Shown: piece after piece, positions 27,380-41,055 of the stretch
Layout of the letters: each line of letters opens with the position of its first letter
How positions within the stretch are numbered: the stretch's first letter is position 1
Assembly: GCA_043228905.1 (NCBI GenBank)
Contig: JBHGNT010000015.1
Span: forward strand, 2,108,001-2,172,000
DNA length: 64,000 bases
Source of the DNA: Azolla caroliniana
Taxonomy: Eukaryota; Plantae; Polypodiophyta
Direction: 5' to 3'
Program-made: the position numbers and the translations under genes
Notes under the pieces: generated by a model
What the model saw: only the letters and a program-made list of their open reading frames with translations
The model's database searches: none
What the model was told of the DNA's origin: nothing

Positions 27380-30300
27380 ATACATCATATATATGTGTGT
27401 ATGTGTGCATTGTGAATGTGGTCTTCATGTGTGATTTGTGTGTACATATGTATGTTCCATACATCATATATGTTTGTATGTGGTATGCATGTGTGTTGTT
27501 TGTTATGTTTGTGTGTGTGTATGTATGTTGCATAGATCATATATGTTTGTATGTGGTATGCATTTGTGTTGTTTGTTATGTTTGTGTGTGTGTATGTATG
27601 TTCCATACATCATATATATTTGTATGTGGTGTGTATGTGTGTTGTTTGTTATGTTTGTGTGTGTGTATGTATGTTCCATACATCGTATATGTTTGTGTGT
27701 GGTATGCATGTTTATGTGTGTATATGTATGCATGCATGCATGCGTGTGTGTGTGTTGATGTGTATGTATGTATGTATGTATGTTTGTATGTATGTTTGTA
27801 TGTATGTATGTATGTATGTATGTATGTATGTATGTATGTATGTATGTGTATATAGGTATTGTATGGATTGTATTGCAAATTTGAATGTGTATATAGGTAT
27901 GTGTGTATGTATGTACGCAGTGTATTGTATTTTATTTAATTGCATTTATTGTATGTATAGCATGTGTGATGTGTGACATGTGTTATGCTTGTGTGTATGT
28001 ATGTATGTTCTATACAACATATATATGTGTCCATATGTGTATGTATATTCTAAACATGTGTGTACGTGTGTGCGTGTGTGTGTTTATGTATGTATAATGT
28101 ATTGTACTGTATTCCATGTGTATGTATGTGTGTGTACATATTGTATTGTATGACATTGTATGTGTTATGTGTAAATGTGTATGTAAATGTGTGTACATAT
28201 TGTATTGTATGTATGTGCTATGTGTAACAGTGTATGTATGTATGTGTTATGTGTAAATGTGTATGTATGTGAGTGTATATAGGTATGTGTGTATGTATGT
28301 AAATATTGTATTGTATTGTATTGTATTAATTTCCTTTATTGTATATATTGTATGTATGGCATGTGTGTATGATTGTATATGTTATGTGAGTGTGTGTATG
28401 CCTAAGAATTTATATGTTGGTTTATGTATGTGTGCATCATGTATGTATGATGTTTGTACTTATGTGTACCTGTAAAATATTTGTCGAGTAGTTGTGGCAG
28501 CCCCGACAGAGAATAAGGGTGAGCAAAAGCAGCACAAGAAGGGCGAGCGGCGGTGGCGGCGACAGCAAAACGAGAACAGAGGCGGCAAAACAAGGACATA
28601 AGCAACAAGGGGAGAAGAGGCGACAACGGCAATGAGGAGAGAAGAGGAGGTAGAGCAAAGGAGGAGGCGGCAAAAATCAAATTAAAAGTTGAATGTTTGA
28701 ATCTTATGTTTAGTATGTATGTTATGTATGTATGTTATGTATGTATGTGCACATAATGTATGCATGTATGAATGAATGGATATATATATATATGTATGTA
28801 TGTAATGTATGCATAAAATATGTATGCTTGCATGAATAAACATGAATGAATGAATATATTAATGTACATATGTGTACATTGTATATATGTAAATTGTAAT
28901 ATGTAATGTATGTATATTTGTATGTATATGCATATATGTGTATGTGGATGTTTGTTTGTAATATGTATGTATGTGTATGTATAATACATATTGTTCGTAA
29001 GCATGAGACTACGTTTACTAGCGATACATTCCCTTTTATATCTCTTTATGTCTCTTGTAGTTCATATGCCCGGGACTACACATGGTAGTCGGGATTTTGT
29101 ATTTCATTTTTATTCATGTTGTATCTCCAACCCTACACTCTATCACATAGCGCGGTGTTATATTTGTCACCGGCTTATGAACTCACCCCTTGCAAATCTT
29201 TAAAATTTAAGCCCTACCCCTCCCCAACTTTCTCCTATTTTCAGGCCTACCCCTCCCCTACTTTCTCCTATTTCTAGCCCAACCCCCCTTATTTTCAGCC
29301 CCATTTTTTCCTATTCTCACTCATACCCCTCTCCCACATATTTTTTATTTTTTCTTTAGAATGTTTTCACTTATCACTTTAATAATTTAACTTAATCATT
29401 CATACCCCTCATATATATATATATATTTACATACACATACATACATATTACAAGAAAAACATCCACACACACATAATACAAATATACATACATTACATAT
29501 TACATATATACACATATGTACGTTCATATATTCATTCATTCATGTTTATTCATGCAAGCATACATATTTTATGCACACATTATATATACATACACATACA
29601 AATATACATACATTACATATTACATATATACACATATGTACGTTCATATATTCATTCATTCATGTTTATTCATGCAAGCATACATATTTTATGCACACAT
29701 TATATATATATATATATATATTCATTCATTCATACATGCATACATACATTCATACTAAACATAACATTCAAACATTCATGTACGAATGTACATATGTGTA
29801 TGCATAAGTAAATGTACATGATTCAATGTATATGGATGTGTGATTGTAATATGTGCATAATATCTATGTATATATGTGTATGTATATGTAGCAATGTATA
29901 AATGAATATATGTATGTCCATGTACGAATGTACATATGTGTATGCATATATCCATATGTAATGTATGTATGTATGTATGTGTGTATGTATGTGTATGCAT
30001 ATATCCATATGATAATGTACAATGATTCAATGTGTATGGCTGTGTGATTGTAATATGTGCATAATATTTATGTATATATCTAATGTATGTATATGTAGCA
30101 ATGTATAAATTAATATAGGTATGTCCATGTACAAATGTACATATGTGTATGCATATATCCATATGTAATGTATGTATGTATGTATGTATGTATGTATGTA
30201 TGTATGTATGTATGTATGTATGTATGTATGTATGTATGTATGTATGTATGCATGCATGCATGCATGTATGTATGTATGCGTGTGTGTGTGTGTATGTGTA

Positions 30301-32218
30301 TGTGTATGCATATATCCATATGTTAATGTACATGATTCAATGTATATGAATGTGTGATTGTAATATATGCATATGCAACGTATGTATGTACATGCATGAA
30401 TGTACATATGTGTATATACGTAATATGTAATGTATGTATGTTTGTAAGTGTAATAGTGTATGCATATATGTATACATGAGTGTGTGGATGCTTGTTCGTA
30501 ATATTTATGTATATATGTATGTATTGCAGTTTGTGATGATATGTATGTACATATGTAATGTATGTATATATGTATGTGTATGTAACGTATATTACGTGTA
30601 TGCATGTATGTTATGTATGTATATATATGTATGGATGTATGTTTGTAAAACTTATAACATTGTAGGCATATGTATGTATATATATGGTGATATGTGGAAT
30701 ATGTATGTATGTATATGTATGCTGCATGCATATATGTATATGTCAATATACATGATTCAATGAGTATGAATGTGTTTTGTAATATGTGCATAATATGTAT
30801 GTATATATCCAATGTATGTATGTGTATGTATATGTGCGTGCGTGTATGTGATCATATGTACGTAAATGTATGAATGTATGTAGGCGTATATATGTAATGT
30901 ATTTCTGTATGTATATTTTTGGGATATTTTCATGTTTAGTATGTATATGGCTCCTATATGGATGTATGTTTGTAATATGTACGTAATATGCATGTATATA
31001 TCCAATGTATGTGTAAGTATACATATACCTAATGTGTGTGTGTGTATGTAAGTATTGTGGTTTGTAATTTATGTATGCGTAAATTTTTATATTGTGTAAT
31101 AGGTATGGATTATATGGTATGTAATATCTAATTTATTTATGTGTGTGTGCACGTGTATGTATATGTAAAGTATACATATACCTAATGTGTGTGTGTGTAT
31201 GTAAGTATTGTGGTTTGTATGGTCCAGTATAATCTATATATATGGTGATATGTGGAATATGTATTTACATATGTAATATATCGATGTATGTATCTATATA
31301 TGTATATATGTAATTTATGTATGTGTAAATTTGTATATTGTGTAATAGGTATGGATTATATGCTATGTAATATCTAATTTATTTATGTGTGTGTGCACGT
31401 GTATATATATGTAATATATGTAAAACATGTATGTGTATGTGTATATATATAATATGTAATTTATTTTTTTGTGTTTTGTATGTATATATGCGTTTGTGTA
31501 TGTATATATGTAACATGTAATTTTATTGAATGTATTATGTATATATGTACGTATGTCAATATATATGGTTGATTCTAATATGTATGCAGTATGTAATGCA
31601 TGCATGTATGTGTATGTACATATTTACATATGGTAATATATATTTGTACATATATTTATGTTTAGTCAAAATGCATGTATAAATGGGTGTAATGTATGTA
31701 TATACATATTCATGATCATGTAATGTTTGAATGTATGTGGTATGCATGTGTGATGTGTGTTATGTTCGTGTGTGTATGTATGTATGTACATATTGTATTG
31801 TATTGTATGTATGGAATGTCTATATATGTGTATGTATGTGTATATATATAATATGTAATTTTTTTTGTGTGTGTTTGGTTTGTATATTTACATTTGTACA
31901 TATATAATTGTGTGTATAATAATATATGTGTGTAATATGTAATATATAAAATATGTTTGTAAGAATGTGTATGTATATATGTAATATGTATTAATTTTTA
32001 TGTAAGTATTATGTATATATGTATGTCAATATATATGACCGATTCTAATATGTATGTGTGTATGTTCATATTTACATATGGTAATATATATTTGTACTGT
32101 GTACATATATTTATGTTTAGTCAGTATGCATGTATAAATGGGTGTAATGTATGCATATACATCGTCATGGATGTAATGTTTGAATGTAGGTATATATGCA
32201 TGCATGCATGCATGCATG

Positions 32219-32250
<32 letters not shown>

Positions 32251-32280
32251 TGTATGTATGTATGTATGTATGTATGCTAA
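27380..32280. repeat. ~4.9-kb TATG/TG/TA simple-sequence domain with higher-order units
   Basis: (TATG)n runs; four 73-bp units (27451, 27524, 27597, 27670); a 120-bp duplication at ~29465-29700; non-repetitive islands at 28470-28690 and 28990-29410. Confidence 0.95.
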
Positions 32281-32803
32281 TCCAAATTTAAGTATTGTTT
32301 GTATAATATATTCTTTACTATCTCATTGAAATATCTAATATTTCATGGGCTTATGTAATTTTTTTCCCAACATAATTGATAATACCCTTATGTAAATATA
32401 TTTTCAAATCTTTATTAATACCCTTATATATATATATATTATGTATCTCACTTCTCACTGATTAATTTAAACCCCTTTTGATGAACTCACGTGCTATCAT
32501 ACAAGTTTTGACAGTGAAGCCCCCAGGCTCTAGAAGTACCTCTTGCCGATGAGGTATTAACATTGTTGCTGCTGGGATCCCTTCCGGACAACTGGGAGAT
32601 ACTGGTTGTCACATTAGGCAACGCGGGACTGCATGGGAAACACTTATCCCTAGAGTAGGTGAAGCCGAGCTTATTGAATGAAGAAGCTCACCGGAAGGAT
32701 TGAGAGTCCAATACCGACCAGAAGGCCCTTGTCACGGAAAAGTGACACGAATCGAGGAAGAGGCCGAAATCAAAGTCGGACAAGGTCGAAGTCGAGAGGA
32801 AGG

Positions 32804-33257
32804 CCCACGTGCTTCTATTGTGGGAAGCCGGGGCACTTTCAAAAGAATTGTCGACATTTCTAAAAGGAAAAAGAGGGAGCCGATAGTGTGCCGCCGAAGA
32901 AGATTTTAGACAGCAAGAACACCTCGACAATCGCGACAAGTGAGGAGGAATTGTTGCTCATCAGTGAGCAAAACAAAGTAAACCTTGTTGGCGATGAACC
33001 GACATGGGTGGCTGATTCGAGTGCATCATTCCCACGTGCTTCTATTGTGGGAAGCTGGGGCACTTTCAAAAGAATTGTCGAAATTTCTAAAAGGAAAAAG
33101 AAGGAGCCGATAATGTGCCGCCGAAGAAGATTTCGGACAGCAAGAACACCTCAGCAATCGCGACAAGTGAGGAGGAGTTGTTGCTCATCAGTGAGCAAAA
33201 CGAAGTAAACCTTGTTGGCGATGAACCGACATGGGTGGTCGATTCGAGTGCATCATT
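32804..33257 (+). repeat. 227-bp tandem duplication in Copia B gag/protease
   Basis: cccacgtgcttctattgtgggaagc starts at 32804 and 33031; ccac microhomology at the junction. Confidence 0.9.
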
Positions 33258-34067
33258 CCACCTAACCTCCGACTGGAAATGCTTCTCATCTTACAGAGCT
33301 AGAGATCTCGGATCTGTAAAGATGGGAAATGATGGAGCATGCCGAATCATCGGCATAGGAGATGTGTGTCTGATGACATCGACCAGGTGCAGACTAGTAT
33401 TGAGAGATGTTCTACACGTGTCGGAAGTTCGACTGAACTCGATATCAGTCGGTCGGTTGGATGATGAAGGCTACATGGGTAGCATCCGGAATGGTGTCAT
33501 GAAGTTCTGCTAGGGGAGCCTGATCGTGGCTTGAGCCCGGAAAACCAACACATTGTACATAATGAATGCTTGATTATGCCGAGGAGAAGTAAACGTGGCA
33601 GCCAACACAACCAGTGAGTTGTGGCACAAGAGGCTATGCCACATGAGCCAGAAGGGAATGTAGATGCTAACCGAAAAGAAACTCCTACCAGAGGTAAAGA
33701 AAGTGTGCCATCTAGATAAGTGTGCCGATTGCTTGCCCGGCAAACAAAATCGAACCTCATTCCGATTGAGACCCCCGATAAGGAAGAAAATGCCACTGGA
33801 ACTCATGCAGACGGACGTATGCTACGTGGATACAAAGTCGCATGCTGGTTCATAGTATTTCGTGACCTTCATAGACGATCGTAGTCGGAAGTTGTGGGCT
33901 TCCGTGCTGAAGACGAAGGATTAGGTGCTATTCGTCTTCAAAGAGTTCCAAACGAGGGTCGAGAGGGAAACCAACCGAAAACTGAAAGCAATCCGAGCGG
34001 ATAATGGCAGAGAGTACCGTAGACCGTTCGAAGAATATTGCCGGGCACAAGGAATCCGGCTCGAGTA

Positions 34068-34614
34068 TGTCGAGAATCGTGACCGGCCACAACTGGCTTC
34101 TCGTTCGGATGTTCGGGTGCAAGGAACGTAAAGTAGAATGTGCTTAGATAGAGTACGAAAACAAAAATAGCACAAGAGATAGAAACACACGATTTTAACG
34201 TGGAAACCCGAAATGGGAAAAACCACAGGGGTCCACAAACCCCGAGAAACAGAATCACTATGCTGAAAAAAAAGGAGTACAACTAGAAGCTCCGAGGCAA
34301 CGACCTCGAGATTCTACTTCGTCAACAGACGGCTACAGAGTTACACACGCACTCACTCTCACTCGCTTACTGTTACACAATTACCTTCTAAGTAACCTTT
34401 TTAACAATCACACATACTCATATGATTGCCCTAAGTACTTATATACTAGTACACCTTTTGGATAATTTACAAGTGTAGCCCATAAGGGCATATTTAGACT
34501 ATTTACAAGTATAGTCTTCTGAGTTGGTTGTCTACACGATTTCGGTTTCGGCCTCGGCCATTCCTCATCAACTCGGTTCTTCTCTTCCCATCCGGAGGGA
34601 CCCGTTTCCTAACA
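34068..34614 (-). mobile_element. Copia solo LTR inside Copia B integrase
   Basis: TSD GAGTA at 34063-34067 and 34615-34619; TG..CA ends; related to LTR 24335-24893. Confidence 0.93.
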
Positions 34615-35731
34615 GAGTATACCATGCCAAAGACGCTAGAGCTTAATGGGTTGGCCGAGAGAATGAACCGGACCGTAATGGAGAGGATGCAAAGTATGCT
34701 TGCACATGCAAAGTTACCAAAGATGTTCTGGGTTGAGGCGCTAATGAGGACAGTGTATGTGATCAATCGATCACCCTTAGTACCCTTGGACGGTGATATT
34801 CCACAAAGGGTGTGGGGTGGCAAAGATGTTGAGGGTGTTCGGTTGTCTTGCATATGTACATGTTGCAAAGGATCAGAGGGGGAAGCTACATCCAAAATCT
34901 TGCCCATGCATATTTCTTAGCTACGACAATGATGAATTCGGCTATCGGCTATGGGACTTAGCCGAGAAGAAAGTGATTAGGAGCTGCTATATTGACTTCA
35001 TGGAGGAAAAGATAATAGGTGATTGGAAGATCGAGAATATGTTTCCAACTACCAAATTGAGCCGAGTCAACGCTCGGCCAAAACGAGTAGAAGTCGATTC
35101 GATCGAAATCGAATCCGAACCAATTGTCCGATTTAATACTCAGCAAAATCCAAAACCGACTGAAGAACAAAGGGAATCGGCCAAACAAGGAACTGAATTT
35201 GACTTGGCCGAAGAAATCGAAGAAGAACCGACCATGCCGAATGGAGGCCGAAGATACCCCCTGAGAGAAAGAAGAGCCCCCCAAAGATTTCCGGATGAAG
35301 AGCGTGTACTACTAACTGATGAGGGGGAGCCGGAAAGATTTGAAGAAGCTAAACACGATACCCACAACCGAAAGTGGTTAAGTGCCATGCAAGAGGAGAT
35401 GGATTCCTTGCATGAGAACCATACATACGAATTGATCGAGTTGCCAAAAGGGAAGAAGGCGCTACGGAATAAGTGGGTATACAAACTAAAGCAGAGAGAT
35501 TGTGGAAATCCACCTAGATACAAAGCACAAATTTTCGTGAAAGGTTTCTAGCAAAAGAAGGGTGTCGATTTCGACGAAATATTTGACCCGGTCGTGAAGA
35601 TGACGTCAATCTGAACAGTGTTGAGCATAACGGCCAACACGAATCTCAAAGTCGAGCAATTGGATGTCAAGATGGCATTTCTGCACGGTGATCTCGAAGA
35701 GGAGATCTATATGCACCCGCCGGAAGGATTC

Positions 35732-36539
35732 TATTGGGAGACAGGTCCCTCCGGATGGGAAGGGAGAAGAACAGTGCCGACGAACAAACTCGGCCGAGGC
35801 CGAAACGGTATGAGGAGTACCCGGCTACGGAGAGCCGGATGATACAGGCCCGGTATGAACCGGATGAGGAGTACCTGGCTACGGAGAGCCGGATGGTGCA
35901 GGCCCGGTATGAACCGGATGAGGAGTACCCGGCTACGGAGAGCCGGATGATGCAGACCCGATATGAACCGGATGAGGAGTACCCGGCTACGGAGAGCCGG
36001 ATAGTGCAGGCCCGGTATGAACCGGATGAGGAGTACCCGGCTACGGAGAGCCGGATGATGTAGACCCGGTATGAACCGGAGGAAGAGACATATTCGTAAA
36101 TATGTTTCTGAGAGCCCATTGTGGCTACATTTGTAAATAGCCGAAAAGTCATATTAGTATAAATATGACTTAGGGCAAACTAATGTGTGTGGTTTTTCAT
36201 TCTTTCTTGTTGGTGCAAGAAGAAGAGAGAGCGCGTAACTGTACAGAGAGAGAGAGAGAGAGAACGAGGTCGTTGCCTCTGTTGTAACCGCCGCCTGTGG
36301 CGAAGATCGTGAGTCCGAGGTCGTTGCCTCCGCGTACTCACTGTGTTGTACATTCATACATAGTGACAATTTGCAGCTTGTGGGCTGCCGTGGTTTTTTC
36401 CCTAGTTTGGGGTTTTCCACGTTAACCTCCTGTGTAGTGTGTGTGTATCTTCCTCTCCTTTGTATCGTGTTTTTCTGTGTGTCATTCTACGCTCGGTTGT
36501 GGCCGAGCGTCGCGCATAAGGAACGTGTGGTTCCCGTCA
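35732..36539 (+). mobile_element. Copia A-family solo LTR inside Copia B RT (five 54-bp units)
   Basis: TSD GATTC at 35727-35731 and 36540-36544; RT PEGF|VEKG is restored on removal. Confidence 0.95.
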
Positions 36540-37385
36540 GATTCGTGGAGAAAGGTATAGAGAACCTGGTATGCCGATTGAGGAAGAGCCTATATGGGTT
36601 GAAGCAAGCACCTCGACAATGGTATCGAAAATTCGAATCCTTCATGACTGACAACGGGTACCACAAAACGCAGGCCGATCACTGTGTGTTTGGGAAGAAG
36701 TTCGACAAGGAGATTTCCTCATCCTCCTATTGTACGTGGACGACATACTGATTGTCGGAGGGGACCATATGAAGATCCAAGTGTTGAAGAAGGCCTTGAG
36801 TAAGTCGTTCTCGATGAAAGATATGGATCCGGAAAAACAAATCTTGGGAATGCACATTGTTCGGGATCGAACAAAGAAGTTGCTATGGTTGTCACAGGAG
36901 AAATACGTGACAAAAGTGCTCTAGTGATTTGGCATGGAAAGCGCGAAACTAGACGGCTTGACACTACCTGTTGTCGGCGTACCATCAACTAGAACACCGT
37001 CTACCCACAGTCCTTCGGGGTAGGAGTCAAGGGGTTGCGTTAGAAGGGATAGAGAGGCAAACGACGTACGTTCGCACCTTACTTGTTACTGAAGGGTACG
37101 TATCTACAAGACGTGAAGGTTCTCGGCTACAACCGAAGGAACTATGTGTAACTACGCGGACACGCTGAACCTTACGTTTACAGATACACACTTCTTACAG
37201 AGTATAATCCCTCACTCAATATCACACGGGCACTTACACAGTAGATCAAGGAAGCTAGTACTATATTAGAAAAGAGCTCTCAAAACAACGCTAATCCTTA
37301 TCACAGGAATTCTGTAATTTATCCCCCGTTATGTCCGACGGTTACTATTCTCGTGGACAACACATGGCACGTCGAACCCATCCGT

Positions 37386-40300
37386 CTATTCATCGTCCAA
37401 AGTGTCTAGGATGTTCGGCTCTGCCCGTGTGTCTTGGTCCGGGGGTGGCGTGACGGTCGTAGGGGCGTTGCTGTTTGGCTTGATCGGTGTCGCAGTTTCC
37501 GCTCTCTCTTCTTCACCCGAGGTCGACTGGGCTTGCTCTACTGGTGCTTCTTCGGGGGCCACCTTTTCCGGCTCTATTGAGGCTCTTCTTGGCGTGGTTC
37601 CCCCTCTTGTAGCTGCTCCTCTGTGGTTTCGGCACCCATTTGATTGCCCACTGTCGTGAGAATCCGTCAATATGTGCGGATCGTGAGATGGAACCGCGAG
37701 GATTATGGACTGGAAGGAATTAGTACACACGCACAACACAAGCAAGATTCACATATAAGACAAGTAGGTGAGAGGAAACATTCGTTTATTGCAAAAGAAA
37801 TCGATTCTTTATAAACTTAGAATCATGTTACAATGGATTGGATATGAAAATGAGAGATCATTCTTGAAAGAAAGGAGCCAACAACCATGTAAGGAGTGGT
37901 CTGATATGAATATAAGAGATTATTCTTCCCCAAGGAATGGAAGAGAGAAGAAGAGAATGGAAAAAAACTCTAGAGGGAATCGAGCTCTTTGTTCATCCCC
38001 CTTCCCAATGTTACTTTGCATGTCCACTTTTGGTTGCACGGCCTTGGCTTTTAGTTGCATCTTTTAGTTGCATGCTTCCATTTTTAGTTGCATGCCTTTT
38101 ACTTTTAGTTGCATGACCTTGGCTTTTAGTTGCATGCGACCGTCCGTATAATTCGGCCAAATGACCCAATCATCCATAAAGTTTAGCCCGTGCGCAATCC
38201 GTACGTGCGTTGCAACCAAACCGTAGACGCGTCTGCGCGCGCAAGTCCCGACCGCTTAGTGTACGCATCCACGCACGCGCGTGTCCCGACTGCGCAGTGT
38301 ATGCATCCGCACACACGTGTGTCCCAACCACGCCGTTTACGCATCCGACACACACACGCGTCCCGATTGTGCCGTACGTCGTGACCCAAAAATCATTTGA
38401 GCCATTCATCCACACAACTTAGCCCAAGTCACCTTGAACATTCTGTGCTTCACACATTGACATAAAGTAATAGGTTCTGGCTCTCCTTATATAATATGGG
38501 ATCTAATGTTGTCCTACCTATGTGGGATATCTCACAGTTTTGTTTTTCCCAATCTTCTCAAACTTCACACTCACATAACTTGATACTTGTTTATCCATTT
38601 CATGCGTAGTAAAATACGTTATGAAACTCTTGAAGAAATCTATCTTTCCATATCAATACATTAAGCTAATCTTAAATAATTATTTTACTAGTTTTCATAT
38701 CGTGTGTGAAAAACCACACGACACCATCGTCATGACTTTAGGCCCGTTATTGGGCGGGGACTCGGTTTGCTCTGCGGAGTGACTATCCGGCACAGTAATT
38801 GCCTTCGCTATTTTTAATTCTTCCGCCCTCTAAGTTTTGCTGCCCATGTCCATTAGTTGCCAAAAGGTCTCTTCCTGGCTTTCCGCAAACTCCTCCATCA
38901 GTTGTGTGAGTTCCTCGGAGTGCTGATTGTCTAGCGCATGGTAATCTTCTGCAAGGTCTTCACGTACAGCCGCGATGCTGTCTTCACTTAGCTTATAAAA
39001 GCCCATGTCGTCCTTTCAGTGGTTTTCCCTATCCGCGCGGTATATATGAAGCTCTGCGGCTTGCGTCGCCCATCCGGCCTATCCTTTTTCCATAGGCGCA
39101 TTTAGCTGCGTATTAAACTTCTCGTGATTGGCTTGTAGGAGGGTGCGGATCTGGTTTGTCATCAAGGTGGCGTGTACTTGGGACTCCTCTAAAGCTTTCG
39201 TTAGATTCTCTATTTTTCGCTTATTTGCCACCGCAGCTTCTTCGTAAAGACTCTTCATTTTGGTCCATAATTGGGACTCTTTTAAATGTAGTTCCTCGAG
39301 CCATCCCATCTCATTGTTTAGTTGCACCTTGACTTCATGCGTCTGTGCATGCTCATGTACCAATTGCTCATCGTACCAGGCCTTCTTTTTCTCCGTGAGC
39401 TCCCGTAATCCCGTGATTGCGGCGTCCTTCTTGTTTGCCTCTTCACGTAGCTTTTCATATTCCTCCTTCATTTTGCTATGCGCTGCAACTTCCGCCTGGA
39501 GCTTGCCTTCCAATGTCTTGACCCCTTGACAACCTTTCGCCCTAGCATCTGCTTCCCTATCCGAAGACTGGTGAAGTCCCGCTCGGAGCCGTTCAATCTC
39601 TGTTTCGGCCATTTGAGTAGCTTTCTTTGCTTTGGCCACTATGGCTTTCTGTGCTTTGAGGTCTTCTTGTAAGGTGTTTGATGCATTATTATCAAGGGCT
39701 TGTGTGGGGATGGTCGCTGCCATCGTTGCGCTGTTTTCCAGCTGCGTAATGCGTTCCTTGGCCTTCTAGAGCTAATCCTGTGTCAACTTTATTGTTTTCA
39801 AGGCATTCTTATTCTTGGTTGCCATATCCTTGGTGCCTATGCTGACTTTGGCCAATCCACGGTGTACTTCAACGAGGGCCGTATTGAAGGGAGGTAGCTC
39901 AATGCCCATTCGGCGTATTCTGGCATTCCACTATCTGTCTACCTTGGCAACTGGCCCCTCATCCTCACTTTCCGCCGTACTTGTTAATGCCCGTTCGATC
40001 ATCTGTTGTTCTGCGTGCTCCTCGGCCATCCGTTGAGAGACTTTTATTTGATGTGTTGCCAAAAACTCCATGAGTTCGTACATAGTTCCAAATTGTAATA
40101 GTGCACCGAACTCATGGGTTGTATCCGGAATGTCCGGATACCTTAAGACTTTGCTCTCGGCTGTGAGCACATCCTTGCCTCGTTGTGACTGAGCCGTAAT
40201 GATTGGCTGTGGCTCGCAGATTAATTCCAATGTAGTTGTATGCTTCGGAGTGGTGATGTTTTCGGTCAGGGTCACTATATCTTTTACCAATCCCCACTCG

Positions 40301-41055
40301 TCTTTTCGATCCAATCTTCGCTGTTTGGGCCTGGGACTGCCTTTGGTAGGCTCTTGTTCCTTTGTTGTCGTGGAGGGTTGTGTCTCGGCGCACTTGGCTG
40401 GTGGCTCCGGTTGCGTCGTTGGCTCGGTGGTGCGGGGTAATTGTCCCTCTTCTTCCCATTCAGTGGTAGCTAACTCTGCTAGCCGCCGTTTCGCGGACCA
40501 TGGCGGAGGTGTCGGTTTGTTGGTTGGAGGCGCGGGAAGTCTGCGAGGGGGAAATAGCACAGTAAGATATTGTTGAATAATTGGCCGTAGTTTCTTACTG
40601 GCCTGATACATGTATAGTCTTTCTCGTAATGTCGGCCCCGTGGTTACACCCCAATCGACAGTGCACGCTTCGAAGGTATCGATTATGATGCCTGCTTTCT
40701 GTTTAGGCATCCCGTACGTGTTAACGTGTAAGCACCCGACCTCCAATAGGGACCTGGCAACTTCCCGAAAGAAGGGGTTTGGAATGTTCTTTTTCTTGTA
40801 TGCCTTTGCCGATACCGAATACTCACCAAAATATTTCTCGAGGGTTTCTGCAGGGGAAATATTGAAGTGTTTTCCCCCATTCGCGGAAAGTCCTAATTTC
40901 TTCCGGATGGTGGAGTTCGTTACCGTGTCCACGTTGAGTTTCTTGGCTATCTCCAGGGCATCAAGGTGCAATGGTGCTTCTGCTACCCTGATATATCCCT
41001 CAAATCCTTTTTCCCTGAGCCACCTGCGTAAGGTTGTAGAGATAGTGATTGGCAT
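37386..41055 (-). pseudogene. Gypsy extra ORF in env position (~860 codons, long coiled-coil-like region)
   Basis: ORFs 39931-41055 and 39079-39723 and the sequence to 38728 share one frame with only TAG/TGA point stops. The frame continues at 37651 after removing the solo LTR. Confidence 0.75.
37652..38723 (-). mobile_element. Solo LTR (TGTCGTG..CACGACA) with imperfect 4-bp TSD
   Basis: Flanks ccac / ccat; host ORF frame is restored with a 4-bp duplication; 7-bp terminal inverted repeats; TATA-like ttatataa at ~38487. Confidence 0.75.

Larger units (their letters stand above)
25316..32527. mobile_element. Non-autonomous TIR DNA transposon with 8-bp TSD (hAT-like)
   Basis: TSD CTCTAGAA at 25308-25315 and 32528-32535. 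Imperfect TIRs CCCGGGGACTCCACT / CCTGGGGGCTTCACT, with further match to ~47 bp. Copia gag (TSLE|VPLADEV) is restored on removal. Confidence 0.85.
24335..36968 (+). mobile_element. Copia B (Tnt1-like, degenerate, 3' end missing), host to three insertions
   Basis: 5' LTR 24335-24893; PBS TGGTATCAGAGC at 24897-24908; gag ATG at 24910; gag-PR-IN-RT remnants homologous to Copia A; cut by a Gypsy LTR at 36969. Confidence 0.92.

Noticed and set aside
27301-32280. His/Tyr/Cys/Val-rich ORFs
   Set aside because: Translation artefacts of TATG/CATA simple repeats that lack stop codons.
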